Positions 39,941-54,594 of a stretch of 64,000 bases of DNA are shown in pieces (positions within the stretch are counted from its first letter, which is position 1; each line of letters opens with the position of its first letter). Location: positions 154,628,001 to 154,692,000 of the forward strand of contig JANJGN010000011.1 in the NCBI GenBank assembly GCA_026770705.1. The letters run 5' to 3'. The position numbers were made by a program, and so were the translations under genes. Source of the DNA: Isurus oxyrinchus (taxonomy: Eukaryota). Under the pieces are notes generated by a model that was not told where the DNA came from, did not search any database, and saw only the letters and a list, made by a program, of their open reading frames with translations.

Positions 39941-42379
39941 GACGAGGAAATAGGAATAATGTACATAGCTTTGTGATTCTGCTGTCCTCAATCTGCATGC
40001 ATACTTTTCAGAGACAGGGCAAAGAGGAAAGGATTCATCAGAAAAAAAACAGTAAGATTATTACTTCAGCTTATTTCGCCCTCTGTTGATGTGGTTGACA
40101 ATATTCTTTACAAAGTGAATGGTGCATTCATGGTCCCGGACTGATACATCTTTGCCGTAAGATTTGCTCCCGGGTACAATGTGTTGGTAACAGTCTAAAT
40201 ATAGTGGCGGAGGATTTGCTATCTTGCTATTTCTATTGAAATTTAAAAAAAAACATTTTAAAAGAATGTAGTGAAAATATGATAAAAGGATCACAACCCT
40301 GCTGAGCTTACAATGTTGCTAACATTCAGTGAACAGAGGAGGTCTATCCCTTCCATTCTTTACTCATGGTAGCAGCCAATGTAACAGTCACAAGCTGTGT
40401 GGCACAGTGCTGTTCACAATGCCTTCCAGCCCTCTTGAGCTCCTTTATTAAAGCAAAGATCTGTACAACTGTAGTTAGGAGACATAGTCCCATTGTATCC
40501 ATCTATCCCTCCTGCACACTTCAATCCATTTATTGCAATCAACTTTAGACACTGCGGAGCGGTGACACAACCAGTCCATTGAAGCTGCCGGCCTGTTAAC
40601 AATACACAGTGGTCCAGCAAGTTGCCTGTCAAATTCTTAGAACACAAAAACTACATGGATCTGTTCAATAAGGGTGCAGTTAGTTCAGATGATATAGATT
40701 ATATTTCTCAGGCAAAGGCTGCACCTGAGCTCTGCAGCTTTGTCCTGAGGTAGGTAGGTGATCATTTGCACTGTGACAATACAATATGGATCGGAAAATG
40801 AAAGCGTGAATTCAGCAGTGGGTTGCAAAAGGCAAGAAGAAATTAAAGATCCTACACTTGTATTTTATTAATTATTCTTGCCATGAGGGGGCCAAAAGAT
40901 TGTGGCCTTTTGAAGAAAAAGTGATAAGAATTGTGATGCCAACACTTTCCATTTGAACATATTAAAAACTAACAATATATCGAACAAGCAGAAACTAATA
41001 ACAGTAAAAGCCAATGGGCAAATCTGATTCATAAATGGGACAGAAACACATGTCATTACTTTGTTATTGAAAAGTTGACACTGAATAAATTTTTTGCCCC
41101 AGGTTACAGTGAGTTTAACGGATTTGTGCCTTGAAAGAAAAATTGGAAGGAGCTTCAAGGTCAGGCAAGTGGAAAGGGCTGTTGTAGCTGTTGATGCTTC
41201 GTTTTTATTGAATAGCTGAGCAGGAGTAGCTGTGGATTAATGACAACAGTATATGGAGGGGAGCGTATTAAACACACATGTGGAAGTAATATGGTATCAA
41301 AGAGAAACGATTAAGTCAGGATGTCAAAAATTGGCAAGTTTTGATCATTCAATTGTGACTAAGCTTGACCGCTCTTTCAAAGAGCCAGTACAGGCACAGT
41401 GGGCCAAATGGCCTCCTTCTGCACTGTACATTGTTATAATTTGTTGAAAACTTAGTTAGACCTAGGCTTGTACATGGCGGGTTGAGTCTTAACTCCACAA
41501 AACAGGTGGGTTGGGGCAGGTCAGAGCTTAAAATGAAAAGATTCTGGAACAAGACCCACACGCTCCTTATTTCAACGGAGGTAGCTGGGCTGTGGGAAAC
41601 CAGTTCACTTGCAGCAAGTGGGTGGTCATTCAAATATTATAATGAAGCGGTGTTCCTTCATTTTAACAGTCAGACCACGGGAAGCTCAGCAGCTTAAAAG
41701 AGGTGAGGGGAGCTGATTCCAGGAAGTGTGTGTCTTTACAGCACTGCTTGTGGGACAGGAGGAGCACGAGACCAACAAACCACCCAGTAAACTCCCACTC
41801 CTCCACAACCCATCTGAGCCCCTCCACCACCATCAGTCCACACTTTCACCGTTGCCCAACCATCTTACACCTGAAACATCATCAGAGCTCCCACCTTAAT
41901 CGGGATCCCCTTGAACTACCATCTGATTAACCCAGCACACCCCTTCTCCTTACCGCAAGCCATTGGTGCTGAGGGGGAAAAGAAACTAAGTTTCGTATTT
42001 TGATTTATTGCTAATTAAGTGCCCAGAAGTCTGTTCATTTGCCTGTACAAGAGACAATAGTAGATAGCTAGCAGTAATTTGTGTGACAACAGTGCAGGCA
42101 GTTCTTGGGCCCATGAAACTCAAAGAGATAGTTTCAAACTTGCATTAAAAACAGAAAATGCTGGAACCACTTGGCAGGCAAGGTAGTGCCTGTGGGAGCG
42201 GGTGGGAAAGAGAGAGAGAATTAACGTTAACTCAGGACCTTAAGTAGCTAGAGATTTAACTGTTTTACAGAGGTGGGGAAAAATAGATGCGAGAAGTGGG
42301 CGGTAACATAGGGGAAGATCCGTGATAGACTGGAGGGCAGGAGAGATCAAATGACAAATGGGTTGGATGGTGGTGCAAG

Positions 42380-42668
42380 GGGGAGGTCTTGTGGTGCAAC
42401 AGTAGCGTCCCGCCCTCTGACCTGAAGCTTCAGTTCCAAGTCCCAGTTCAGGACTTGATGGCCACACAAGGTGCATTCATCGTGTGGCCAAACAGGTTAA
42501 TTGGCCTATAGATCCTTCTAATACACCTTAAGGCAGGCGGCGAGAGTAGGCGAGTCTCCTGGTCAGCCATACTGCAGTACTCTACCAGGTGCAATCATGG
42601 GCCAATCCAGCGGAAGCTCATGGTCACTAATGCCTTCTTAGGGCCTGGTACCTGAAGGAGGAGGAGGA
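42380..42668 (+). mobile_element. tRNA-related SINE with (GAG)n tail inside a Penelope-like fragment
   Basis: 9-bp TSD TGGTGCAAG (42371-42379 / 42669-42677). A reverse-oriented relative lies near 14290-14520. Confidence 0.6.
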
Positions 42669-43259
42669 TGGTGCAAGACAAAAGGACTTGGTGATGGGAC
42701 AAGTAAAGAGACAAAAATATGGGCCCAGCTGAGCTGTAAGTGGTGACAGTAGAACCATTATCAGCAGCTGCTGATCAAGAAAATGAGAGCAATGTTTATT
42801 ATCTGAAGTAATTGAAATCAGTGTTGAACCTGGAAGGCTTAAATTGCCTAATCTAAGCTATCTGTTTCATATCAGCATTAAAATATACATAAAACAATAT
42901 ATTTAATGGAAAGAATCTAAATTGTCCTCTCGCTGAATACAGACAAACAGTGGATGTGGAATGATGTTGGGCAATGAAGGCAACTAAGCTATTGCTTACA
43001 TTATGCTTTCTGGAACTCTCAGCGCAGTAAAATCTAGCTGCACTTTGCTAGAAGCTCCTCTCATTGTAACCTTTCATGCTGGTTAATCAAACCTATCAAT
43101 CAGACTTTGAGGGTCTTAATTCCAGTCATCGGTAGCACTGTAGATGTATCTGCTAGCCAAGCTTTCCCATTTCAGTTCTCTCATGCACACACAAATACTG
43201 AGCATTATTATTGCTCCTCATTCACCAAGACATGGGGTTGAATGTTCAGACATTAATTT

Positions 43260-44080
43260 AAGAACATAAGAAATGGGAGCAGGAGTAGACCATACAGCCC
43301 TCTGAGCCTGCCGCACCATTCAATATAATTAAGGCTGTTCTTCTGCTTCAACCCCACTTTCCTGCCTGCTCCCCATACCTCTTGATTCTCTGGGAAAACA
43401 AAAATCTGTCTAGCTTGGCCTTAAATATATATAATGATGGAACATCCAATGGAGAGTTTCAAGAATTCACAGTCCTCTGAGTGAAGAAATTTCTCCTCAT
43501 CTCACTCCTAAGCAATCAACCCCTTATCCTAAGGATGTGCCCCCAAAATCTAGATTCCCCAGCTTGGGAAAACAACCTCAGTGTCCATCCTGTCAAACCC
43601 CTTCAGAATCCCTTTAGGTGTCATGAGGAAGAAGCAGTGGAGTGTAACCATAGGATGTATTTGTCCATGGCTTATAGAAGTATAGATAGTAGGAGCAGGA
43701 GTAGGCCATTCAGCCCTTCGAGCCTGCTCCGCCATTCAATATGATCATGGCCGATCCTCTATCTCAATGCCATACTCCTGCGCTCTCCCCATACCCCTTG
43801 ACACCTTTAAAGTCTAGAAATCTATCTATTTCCTTCTTAAATATATTCAGTGACTCAGCCTCCACAGCCTTCTGTGGTCAATAATTCCACAGGTTCACCA
43901 CCCTGTGATTGAAGACGTTTCTCCTCATCTCAGTCCTAAATGGTCTACCCTGTATCCTGAGACTGTGACCCCTTGTTCTAGACACCCCAGCCAGAAGAAA
44001 TATCATCCTTGCATCCAGTCTGTCCACCCCTGTCAGAATTTTATACCTTTCAATGAGACCTCCTCTCATTCTTCTAAAAT
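43260..44080 (-). mobile_element. Two tandem CR1 3' fragments
   Basis: MRGGLIERYKILTGVDRL...RRNVFNHRVVNLWN and ILKGFDRMD; two 3' tails near 43262 and 43675. Confidence 0.85.
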
Positions 44081-44399
44081 GCCAATGAAATAGCTTACCT
44101 GTTGTTTATATGTTTACTAATGCCTACTCTTCAACCAAATTTAATACTCTAAAATATATTCCCAAATCAGCATGAAGGAGGAACTCAAGCAGTGGAGGGA
44201 CCTTCTTAGAATCTCTTAGAAGTAAGTAAGACAGTAGTTAATAAGTATATGAAATCTACCTGAGAATAGGAGAACAGCAATGCTATAAGACATTAAGGTG
44301 AAAAAGCATGTTAACCTGTCATCAATATTATGGTCAGGGTTCTAGAGTGTAACATGACATGTTACGAGTATTAATTTGAAAAGCACACAGACCACAGGA

Positions 44400-44950
44400 G
44401 TAATCTTGTTGTAATCAGAGAAGTTTTGGAAGCAATAGGTCATAGCTCACTAATCTACAGGAATTCTTTGAAGAGGTAGCTAAATCAGCGAATAAAGCAC
44501 ATCAGGGGAATATAATTTTACTGAAATGTTCAGGCAGCATCTGATCAATTTACACTTGTAAGATTTTCAAAGAAGTTTGTGGCTCATGCTCTGAATGGCA
44601 AATTAACAAGCTGGAAAAGTCTATTAAAAAACATAAGGTGTTCACAAATGCAAAACAGATGTACTGTCTGAGGAGCAGTGACTAGTGAAGTTCTGAGGGG
44701 ATCCATTTTGGGTCCCCTGCTGTTTATATTATATTGAAGTGGCATGGAAAAGGATGCTTCAAGTAGCAGTATAATACTTGTTGCTGACGCTAAGCTGAGT
44801 TGTCAGTTGACTGGTTTAAGAGAGATTGATGGCATGTAAAAGGGATTTGGGCAAATTAAGTGTATGGACCAAGGCACAGAAAATTGATTTTATTGCTGCT
44901 AAATCATTGTTAATGCACACTGGACTTGGAAATTATGAACAAAGATGGAA
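44400..44950 (+). mobile_element. Highly decayed CR1 RT fragment
   Basis: gggatccattttgggtcccctgctgttt (GSILGPLLF) and gctgacgctaagctg (ADxKL) remnants. Confidence 0.6.
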
Positions 44951-47900
44951 AATGAGAAGGATTTTAGCATACTGCCCTTTGAAAATACCTAATCAATAAG
45001 AAATCTACCTAAGTCATTTGGTTATAAATTAAAGCAAATTATTTTAACCCCATATAGCCTAGTGCAGGACCATATTTAGCACATTTTGTGCATGCTAACT
45101 TCTATGGGACACTTGCTAATTGCTATTGGTTGCATTTAATTGTATGCAAGTGCTGGGTATTAACTGAAGGTTCACACATGCCCCTATGAATGAACAGAGA
45201 TTGAAACTGTGGTTGCTGGATTTGTAGTTATATGCTTGTAACGTGTAACCCCATAAATAAATGTCTATGAAAGTGTGTACAGATTGGCTCCAGTTCTGTC
45301 CTTTACACACTGGCTTTCTGCAATATAACAACAGTGATGCAAGGAGTGAAGTCTAAGTTGGGAGATTTCAAGATCTGTGAATGTCTGAAAGAGCAAAACT
45401 TGTTTTCATTTGAGAAGTATACTAAAAGGGCACATGATTCAAGTTTTTGAAATCATGGGATTCATGAATAAAATAGATGTCTCCAGGACATTTAATTTGG
45501 ACTCTCATGATAGAACTCAGGCACAAAAATGCAAGCTTGACAAGCCTTGAACTGAGGCAGAGATGGATTTTATTTTTCAAGCATAGAGAATGTGTAGAAT
45601 AGACTTCAGACATCCAACAGAAGTAACTCATATAGATTAACATTTTTTTTTACAAAAAGAGAACTGAATAAATATCTCTTCAACAGTCGGGTTGGTGGTT
45701 AGAAGAAACAGATTATTAAATATTCTAAGCAATGTAAGTGTTCATGCACTGATGGGACTAAGAATGAACTAGCTGAAGTATGATACTGGACAGAGGGACA
45801 AGTGTGGGTTGTAAAATTGGACTCAACTTATATAAATGTCTTCAACTGTTGTTGGGTCTGGGGGTTATATAATATCACAGAAGTATACATTTATAAAATA
45901 TTTAAAAAGCACTTGGATATGCACTTGAAGTGCCATAGCCCACTAGGCTATGCAGCAAGAGCTGGAAAGTAGTTTTAGGATGGACGGCTGCTTGTCAACC
46001 AGTGTCGACACAATGGGCCAAACAGTCTCGTTTTGTGCTGTAAATTTTCACTTATATGACCTTTGAGGTTAATCTGTGATTGCACACTTCGAGGAGGAGA
46101 CTTGAGCGTCCTGCAGAAAAGTCTACGTTAGTCAAATGAATTTGTTCTGATGGGGATTGTGGGGTGGAGAACCAATCATAAGAACCTAAGAAATAGGAGC
46201 TGGAATAGGCCATTTGGCTCTTCAAGCCTGCTCTGCCAGTCAATAAGATCTCGGCTAATCTGATCCGACAAATCTAAATGGCCTTCTCTTAATTCACACT
46301 ATCTCGTGTTCTTAAACGAAAGAAGATAGCATGGTCACATGCAGACTATTTTCATAATGTATGAGTGTCTCTAGCTTTTGAGTGCAAGAGGGTTTTGGGC
46401 TCTACCTGTGTATAACAGTATAAATCGATACACATACAGCAGATCCTATTCCACACTGTGGTTTGTAAATGGCACAGAAAAACATATCTACATTGAGGAC
46501 AAAAGCGAACCATTTCAGATCACTTCGCTATTAAGGAAGGAGCCATAAAGAATGAGAGTTCTATCGGAGGTCACAGTCTATTGGAGCACGTTAAAGTGAT
46601 GGAGTACTGTAGCGTTTGAAAGCAAAATCCAGAAATATCAGGGAAGTAAATTGCATTTGGAGGAGGGTAGACCATTACAACAGTATCCAGAGTTGCTGAT
46701 TATTGTTTTTTGTAACCATCTCTACACAAAGGTACATTAAATGGATTGCTTATTTAAATTGTTGAAACAATACTACCAAATTTATTGATTGCTTCCCTAT
46801 GGAAAATTAAAGGCATTTAGACGCCTCATTAAATAAATAATGAAGCTTTTTAGAAATTGCCTATTGACCAACATCCTGCAAATGACTGATTGAATTCTGC
46901 ATGAAAAGCAGCACTGAGAGGATCCTGGAATCTCATTAAAGTGAAGGATGGGGATGCTAGGATTTAACTACTCAAGGTTTCACCTACGTGTTGATTCATT
47001 GAAAAGTATACTTAGTAACCTAAACAGAAGTGTGCAATAAATAACTGACTGTGGTCATTTTATTACCACAGCATTTCATCAGGGCTGTTCCCTGACACCG
47101 TCCGCAGCTGTAATGATAGATTTGTATGAATATCATTTTTTAAATACAGAATAGAGAGAATTTGATTTTTTTTTGTGAATGTAAATCACAAAGAGCAACT
47201 GCTGGAGATAGATAGCAGGACCAGCATATAAAGAGAGGAAAAATTGCTAATGTTTCAGGTTTTGAACCATTTCTCTCACAGGTTCATTAGTTTTTGAAGC
47301 ATTTAGTGATTTTGAAAATAAAATAATTTAAATATAAAATTAATAGCCAGGCAATCTTGGCCAGGGTTACAGCACAGAAACAGGCCATTTGGCCCAGCTA
47401 GTCTATGCTGGTGTTTATGCTCCACATGAGCACCCTCCCGCCACACTTCACCTCACCCTACCAACATATCTTTCACTTCCTTTCTCCTTCATGCTTATCC
47501 AGCTTCCCTTAAACACATTGATGTTGTTTGTCTCCAGCACTCCATGTGGTAGTGAGTTCCACATTCTCACCACTCTTTGGTAAAGAAGTTTCTCCTGAAT
47601 TCCCTATTGGATTTATTAACACCTTATCTTTCTGGCCCCCAGTTTTGGACTCCGACGCAAGTGACTGATATCGCACTAAACTAATGGACCTATGAGAGAG
47701 ATGGCTCAATACCTGAAACATTAGCCACATTCCTGGGTTGTTAACGTGGAAATATGACATCCATGTACCCGAGTCCACTGATCTTTGATAAGACTTCATA
47801 GTGGGTAGCGCAGCTAATTACTAGTCCTATTTCCAACCCAAACCTTGTGAATGCAGGAAGTTTGGAGCCACCAGGTGGTCAACCATTTTGAACATTTTGC

Positions 47901-49169
47901 TTAAGCAAAAGTATTGGAAGTGATAGTTGCGTAAGGAAAGTATATTTCACAAATGAATACTCTGTTACAATTATCTGAGGTGCTCAGTGATCAAAACAGC
48001 TTCTAGTGCTTTAAAAACACAACCCTCCTGAGTATTTGCTGACAGCCATGCTATGACAGCTGATAAACAATCAAGCAAAATGCCAAATAGAAAGCAGAGT
48101 AATGGAGTATTGCACACATATAAGTGCACCGAAAACGGCAGAGAGGACGAAGACAGCATAGAATCTCGAGGAGATGCTTGTCGCATGCTCAATAACGTGA
48201 AACCCAACTTTACAGAGGGAGTACGCCACCACAAATAGAACCTGACAAGTGCAATTTAGCTGAAGACAGAGAACAAAATACAACAAATTACAGAGCCTGC
48301 CTTCAACCACCAGTCAAACTGTTACAAATAAAGACATAAAACGAACGTGAAACCGTACAAGTACAAAGCAGGTCAGACCAGATTCACCACCAAAGCTACA
48401 ACAGCAACAATTTGCAATTAGAAAAGAGAGGGGAAAAAAAGACTTGCATTTATATAGCACCTTTCATGATAACCAGGCATCACAAAGCACTTTATATCCA
48501 ATGAAGTATTTTTGAAATGTGGTCACTATTGTTTTAGGAAGCGGAGCAACCAATTTGTACACAGCAAACTCCCACAAACAGTAAGGTGCTAATGATCAGA
48601 TAATCAGGAAAGCACCTTTAACATGTCCCAGGTCACTTCACAGGAGCATTAGCAGACACAATTTAACGTTGAGGCTCGTAAAGAGGTTTAATGACATATG
48701 ATCAAAAGATTGTTCAAAGAGATAAGTTTTAAGGAGGATATTAAAGGGCGAGAAGTAAAATGGGATCATAAAAGACTTAAGAGCCAGATTTTCGCTACCA
48801 AAGTGGGTAACATGAGTCGGGAAATTTCCTGCCTTGGCAGAGCCGTCTCAATTTTAAAGCCCAGTCATGCACAATTTTAACTCTGTGAGGTAGATGCAAG
48901 ATGGAATTGGGCGCACCAGCCCCAGAAGCAGGTCAGAGGTGACCATAGGGCAGGTGAATGCTGAGTAGGGCTGGTTAGGACACCTGCCTCTGTTCTCCAG
49001 GACTTTGTCATGGTTGTAATAAAAACATTTAGGCCCTCTGACCTTCATCCCTGACACCCCCTGACACCCCACCCACTCCCTAAGGTCCCTCTCAAACTCA
49101 TAAGAAAGATTAACTCTGGGAGTCTTGTTTTCACAGCTGGAGAGAACCATTGGGGGTGGGTGGATGCAT

Positions 49170-49859
49170 GGGCAGGATTTTCCCCCCGTCGGAGGCGAAG
49201 TTGAAGGGTGGGCGGGCACAGGCACGCTTCCGATCGGCGCCCCCGATTGCGGGCGCAGCACTATTTTACATGGGCGGGCCAATTAAGGCCCGCCCAGCGT
49301 GACGTCCACACAGAATTGCTATGCACTCCCTGTGCGGGAGGGAGGGAGTCCCAAAATCGAGAGTGCGCTCTTTCGCTCGTGCGCATGAAAGTGCGCACAT
49401 CTCCCTGAGGCTAAGCGCTGCTGAGGCTCTAAGTGACAAAAGGCTCAAAATAGAAAAGTAAAATTTCCCTAACATGTCCCCTCACTGTCACAGGAGTTGG
49501 GACATGTTCATAATTTTTACAAAATCTTTATTAAATTTTCTTAAGATCTACATGAAACCTCTTCCCCACCCGTGAGAGGGGTTTTATGTTTTTTCTAATT
49601 AGTACCGGGGCTCCTGGCCTGCCCACCAACCTTAAGGTTGGACAGGCAGGTCTTTTAATTACTTAATTGACGCTGTCAATGGCCTCAATTGGCCATTGAC
49701 ATGTTGGCGGTGCACAGCTGATTTTACTGCACCCCCGCCTTCCTGAAAATTTACATGGGGCGCGGTGATGTCGGGAGTTCCACCCAACGTCACCGCACGT
49801 CAATTTACGCGTTGGCAAGGGGGCCCCACCCCTGCTCGCCGACACATAAAGTCCTGCTC
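49170..49859 (+). mobile_element. Non-autonomous Harbinger/PIF-like element (~690 bp)
   Basis: TIR GGGCAGGATTTT / AAAGTCCTGCTC; TSD CAT/CAT; homologous to 7290-8031. Confidence 0.75.
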
Positions 49860-51544
49860 CATGAGTTGGCGTGGAGGCTATAAGGGGCCTTGGGAGTGGG
49901 GGTGGGGCACACATGGCATGGTTGAGACCTTTTGAACTTACTTTTCAAAAGCTCCAAAATCCAAACAATGGTTCGGGACTCCTCTGAGGTCCTTAAACCA
50001 CAAGTCATGGAGAAGCTGGCGTGACGCTATGAAAACTGTGGGGGCCTAGGATGCCAATGCCCCCCCCACAGTCTCCACCCCCTACCTCCCCCCACCCCCC
50101 ACTATGGAGCTGGCCAGGTTGCGAGTGCAGGTTGGGACTCGCTACCTGCACCCTTCTCCTGCCCCAGTAAAAATTGGGGATGCTGGCAATGAGGACAAGA
50201 ATCCCAGAATAGTGTCCCACCTGCCATTTTTAAACAGCACCGGAGCCCTTACAACTCTGCAAAAATTCAGGCCAAAGCTCAACTTGTGGATCTTTTTAAA
50301 ATTAATGTTTAACCCCTTGAGCATGCTTTAGGACATTTACTTATAGTAAACAGTTTGGAATATTTCACAGCATTAAAGGTGCTATATAAATACAAGGTGT
50401 GTTGTTTGCTGTCTTTCTAACCATTCTTCCATTCAACATTAGATGGCTTTTTGCAACAGTGCTAATGATCCGCTATGTGACAAAATAAAGAGTTTATTAC
50501 AATTCTGTGTGCTTTATTATGACATTTTTTTTAAATCACTTAACTAGAAAGGTATGCTGTACAGTTAAGCTGCTGTGAAAGCCTTGGCAACTGATCATGT
50601 TTACAGTTGAAAACTCAGTCCAGTTATTGAAGCTAACTTGACATAGTTAATGATAGGTGTGGCTCATGTTTAGACTAGTCAGTGACATTGGTTGACAATG
50701 CTACCCCCTGTCCCACCCCACCCTGTAAAATATTGGTTTATCATGTGTCTATAAACTGTCCTTACACTTGAATTATTTTTTTGAATTGAATTGAAAAAAA
50801 CAGAATTAATAAACAGAATTTCCCCACAATTGATGTCTTCTCCTATCACGATTACAAACTAGCTTCTTTGCAATTTGTTGGCATGAGCAGATGACTTACT
50901 AACTACACAGATCAGATAATGTCTTTGTCATGTACAGGAAAAGAATGTACGAACTTGGCCATCATGTCAACACATCCTGGAGGCAGTATATTGAAATGTA
51001 TATACTGAGCAGTCCCACTGTAGTCAGATAATGTGAAGGGAATCAAAAGATATAGTAATATCCGTTGCTTGCCAGAGTACCTCAGCATATACCTTATTGT
51101 CAGTGTGCACATGTGTAAAATCCAGCTCTCTCAGTCAACTTTGCAGTGGCATGAAGCAGATTCTTGTGAATAACTTAGCTGGACAGCAAAGATATGCCAA
51201 CATCAGAGCAATGTTGACATATCCTCAATGAAGGGAAAATAATGAAGATACTGTTGCGCTAATAATACAGCCCAAATCTGCTCTAAGAAGCATTCAAAAC
51301 TTCAAATGATGAAAGCCTGTGATTAATGCTGTCTTGAATTTGTTATGACCAGATCAGTTACTTTATCTGGTTAATCAGGTAACCTCGGAAAACATAGGAT
51401 CTGATATATTTTGGGACCTGGTGAGGATGGTTGTGTTCTTAAAATTGAAGCCAGTTTAGAAAGCTTGGATTGTGGACACTGAAATGAAACAACTGGTTTA
51501 GTGAGTTGACTATCACTGGTAAAGGGTTGTCATCCTGAAGTGCT

Positions 51545-52110
51545 CACACCTCATCATGTGAGATCCCTCAGTCCTGTGCTCGCTGACTTGTAATGACCCC
51601 TGGTCCAGCAATGCCTCAATCTTAAGATTCTTATCCTTTGTTCAAATCCTTCCAGGGTCTTACTGCTCACTATCTCTGTAATCTTGTGTAGCCTTACAAC
51701 CCTTTGAGATCTCTTTGCTCCTCCAGTTCTGGCCTCTTGCACATCCCTAATTTTCAAGATGTCATCATTAACAAACATGTCTTCAGCTGCCAATGTCTTA
51801 AGCTCCAAGAATTCCCAATCTAAGCATTTCCACCTCTCTCTACCATTTGAAGATGCACCTTAAAACCTATCCCATTCCTGTCCTAATATCTGAAACAAAA
51901 ACAAAAAGTGCTGGAGAAACTCAGCAGGTCTGACAACATCTGTGGAGAGAAAGACGGAGTTAATGTTTCGAGTCCGTATGGCACTTTTTCAGAACAGGTC
52001 CCTGTCCTAATATCTCTTTGTGTGGCTTGGTGTCAAATATTGTTTGATGACTCTCCTGTGAATTGCTACAGTACAGTTTTCTATATTTGAAGTGCTGTAC
52101 AAACCAAGTT
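51545..52110 (+). mobile_element. L2/CR1-group 3' fragment interrupted by a Penelope-like piece
   Basis: Shared 'gtgctcgctgac...' tail; CCTGTCCTAATATCT is duplicated around the 51892-51999 insert. Confidence 0.6.
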
Positions 52111-53914
52111 ATTATGTTGAAAATTGTTAATGCAATCGAATTAGGTACTCGAACATAGAACCAAATTCAAATGGACTTTCTTTGGCTCCCATTGGCCTGG
52201 ATTTTGTGGTGGTAATGATAACAAATTGCCAGTGTTCCATTACTCCACTGAAACTGGCAGCAACTTGTGGAGTTGATACAGGTGTAGCATAACATGGAAA
52301 TCTAAAAGTTTCTGTCAGTAATTCTACACTTCTACAGAGGGTGCACTATTGAGGCACAACCAGACAGCAATCAGTGGACCTCAACTGAATTGAAGAGAAC
52401 TTCATCCTTACACAGTTAGCCTCACTGTAAAGACCCTTGACAAAGTTGCACCTTGTTGAATGAGGTTGTTAACAGTGTACTAATTTTGTAATTGCTACTG
52501 ACCACCGTCACAGGCCCTGGAAACATATTTTATATCAGTGGAACGTTGAAATCTCTACATAATGATATAAAAAAAAACCCTGCATTTTAAGCTCATTCAT
52601 TCACCTAAAAAAATATTTGTTTATCTTTATTTTAGCTTCTATCTTCATCCAGCCACAATCATTTATTTTGCTATCTGAAAAGATAAATTAAAAATGAAGG
52701 GCATTTTCTATGTTTAACTTCCTGATTTGCTGTGTTTGCACACTTCAATGTGATTGGCTGCTTACCTGCCTGATGACATCACTGCTGCTAGATGCCTGGA
52801 GATGATCCCATTGACTTGGTGCCAGATTTAAACTGACACTGGGAAAGGGGGAAATCCCCACCTCAGAGATTGCCAGATCTTTGTCTACAGTTGTTCTTAA
52901 GGTCAGCAACAAGTGCCCTTGTTTTGGTGCTGACCTTGGGTCCAAATATTAAAAACGATAGCCACCATATAAAACGCCGCTGCAAGTGATAATGGTTTGA
53001 TGCAGCAATTTTAAACATATGCAAGCACAAAGCTATCCTCAATTTATGTCATGGTGTACTGTGATATCATGACAAATGGGTTAATAAAGCACTCGTACTT
53101 ACATATCAGGAATCTGTACAATGTGCCCTTTGCAAAACAAGCTGCAAGATCAGAAAACAAAGCACTGATTGAAAACTCAATAAAAGAATTAAGAAAAATG
53201 TTATCCGTCCATTATTGTCTCCTGATTCTCACAGCAGCCTCATGCCACACCTGCGCAAGTGAATAAGATTAGACTTTATCCAGTGGGATTTTTTAAAAAA
53301 TAGTAAGCTCCTTGGGATCTTTTAACAAGTTGACGGCATTATATAGATGCAAGTTGTCGTTGCTTTTCTGTGATTGATATTCTTCCATCTGATATTTTCT
53401 GGACAGGAAACCAGAATATTATTGAATATCATATAATCATTAGGGGTTGGGGGAGGGGTGGGGGTTCAAGTTTCATCTGGAGCCTGTGTTTGAATTCAGC
53501 CTGAATTGGAGCTAAAGTGTCATAGTGACCTAGTAGAAGGCCATTCAGCCCATTCAGTTTATGCTGTCTCTCTATAGAGATTTGATAGATGGAGCGTGTT
53601 CTTTGCTCTGCCACTTACAAGGGCGTTAAGCATTGTTGCTTAGGAGATATTGATACAGTTCCTGCTTGCCTGAAGTTCATCAAGCAAAACTGCCCATAAA
53701 TTGGTGCTGAGTAACATTAGCTTGACAGTGCCATTCATAAGCCACAAGGATGACTGGTGTGGAAAATGCACGCAGTACTTCTGCCAGCAGCAAAATAAAT
53801 CATGCGTTCGGAGTTCAGCTGCAATAATTGACAATTACCACCTTAACTTCTGCAAGGAAGCCACTTGACCTTTGCAAATGATTTTTCTTTCCACTCCGCA
53901 CAGCCGGAAAACAG

Positions 53915-54314
53915 ATGAAAATGGTGTCCACAGTAGCTAAACTGCGGAAGGTTAAATTCTCCACGTTGGCCATGCACATGCTTGTGAAACAATTCACAAG
54001 ATTACAAAGAGTAACCCTGGCCACGAAACCCAAAATGCCCACTAGTGAGGGTCACCGACGTGGCTGGAACCTCATTACTGAAAAAGTCAGCAACATTTCC
54101 AAAGTAGCTCGAACAGCCGAGGACTGTCGAAAGCGCATCAATGACCTGAGGCTTGGCGCTCGACAAAAAGTCGCTTTTGACAAACAGAGAGGTACAGTCC
54201 AACACACAGATGTGGCAAAAGAGAAAGTCCTAACATGGGAGGAAGAAAAAGTGGCCCCGGTAGTCCACCTTGTGGAACATGGACCTGATGCGTCCTCTGA
54301 CTCCAGTGATTCTG
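53915..54314 (+). CDS. Myb/SANT-like DNA-binding protein (NAIF1/MSANTD, Harbinger-type), coding exon 1
   Basis: RKVKFSTLAMHMLVKQF...RRGWNLITEKVSNISKVARTAEDCRKRINDLRLGARQKV fits the Myb_DNA-bind_5 pattern (RxxxF..L..W..I...V....RT..xCxKRxxDL). Upstream acceptor ttttctttccactccgcacag| at 53903; donor TCTG|gtgagt at 54314 (phase 1). Confidence 0.85.
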
Positions 54315-54361
54315 GTGAGTGTTGCATTGTTTTGTCAAACCCATCATTGCTTACCTCAGAC

Positions 54362-54410
54362 ATTGCAGTCTCAGCTATTACCATTATTGCAGTCTCAGCT
54401 ATTACCATTA
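54362..54410. repeat. 24-bp tandem duplication inside the Myb-gene intron
   Basis: ATTGCAGTCTCAGCTATTACCATT occurs twice in tandem. Confidence 0.9.
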
Positions 54411-54594
54411 AGCATGCAGTGCAATGATTATGTATGCAAGTCCTTCAAAGCCTATGTAAATGTCCTTGCTCTATCATGAATTGCCAGCTTTCTCATATTC
54501 AGCATTCTTGCAAAGCCTTATTGTGAACTAACCCTTCAGTTTATGCAGAGTCCATCGTCAATTAAACCAATGTCCTGTCTTTTTATCTTCCCAG

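Noticed and set aside
54315-54594. Unspliced extensions of ORFs 53915..54427 and 54543..55400
   Set aside because: Better explained as a 280-nt GT-AG intron with matching phase.
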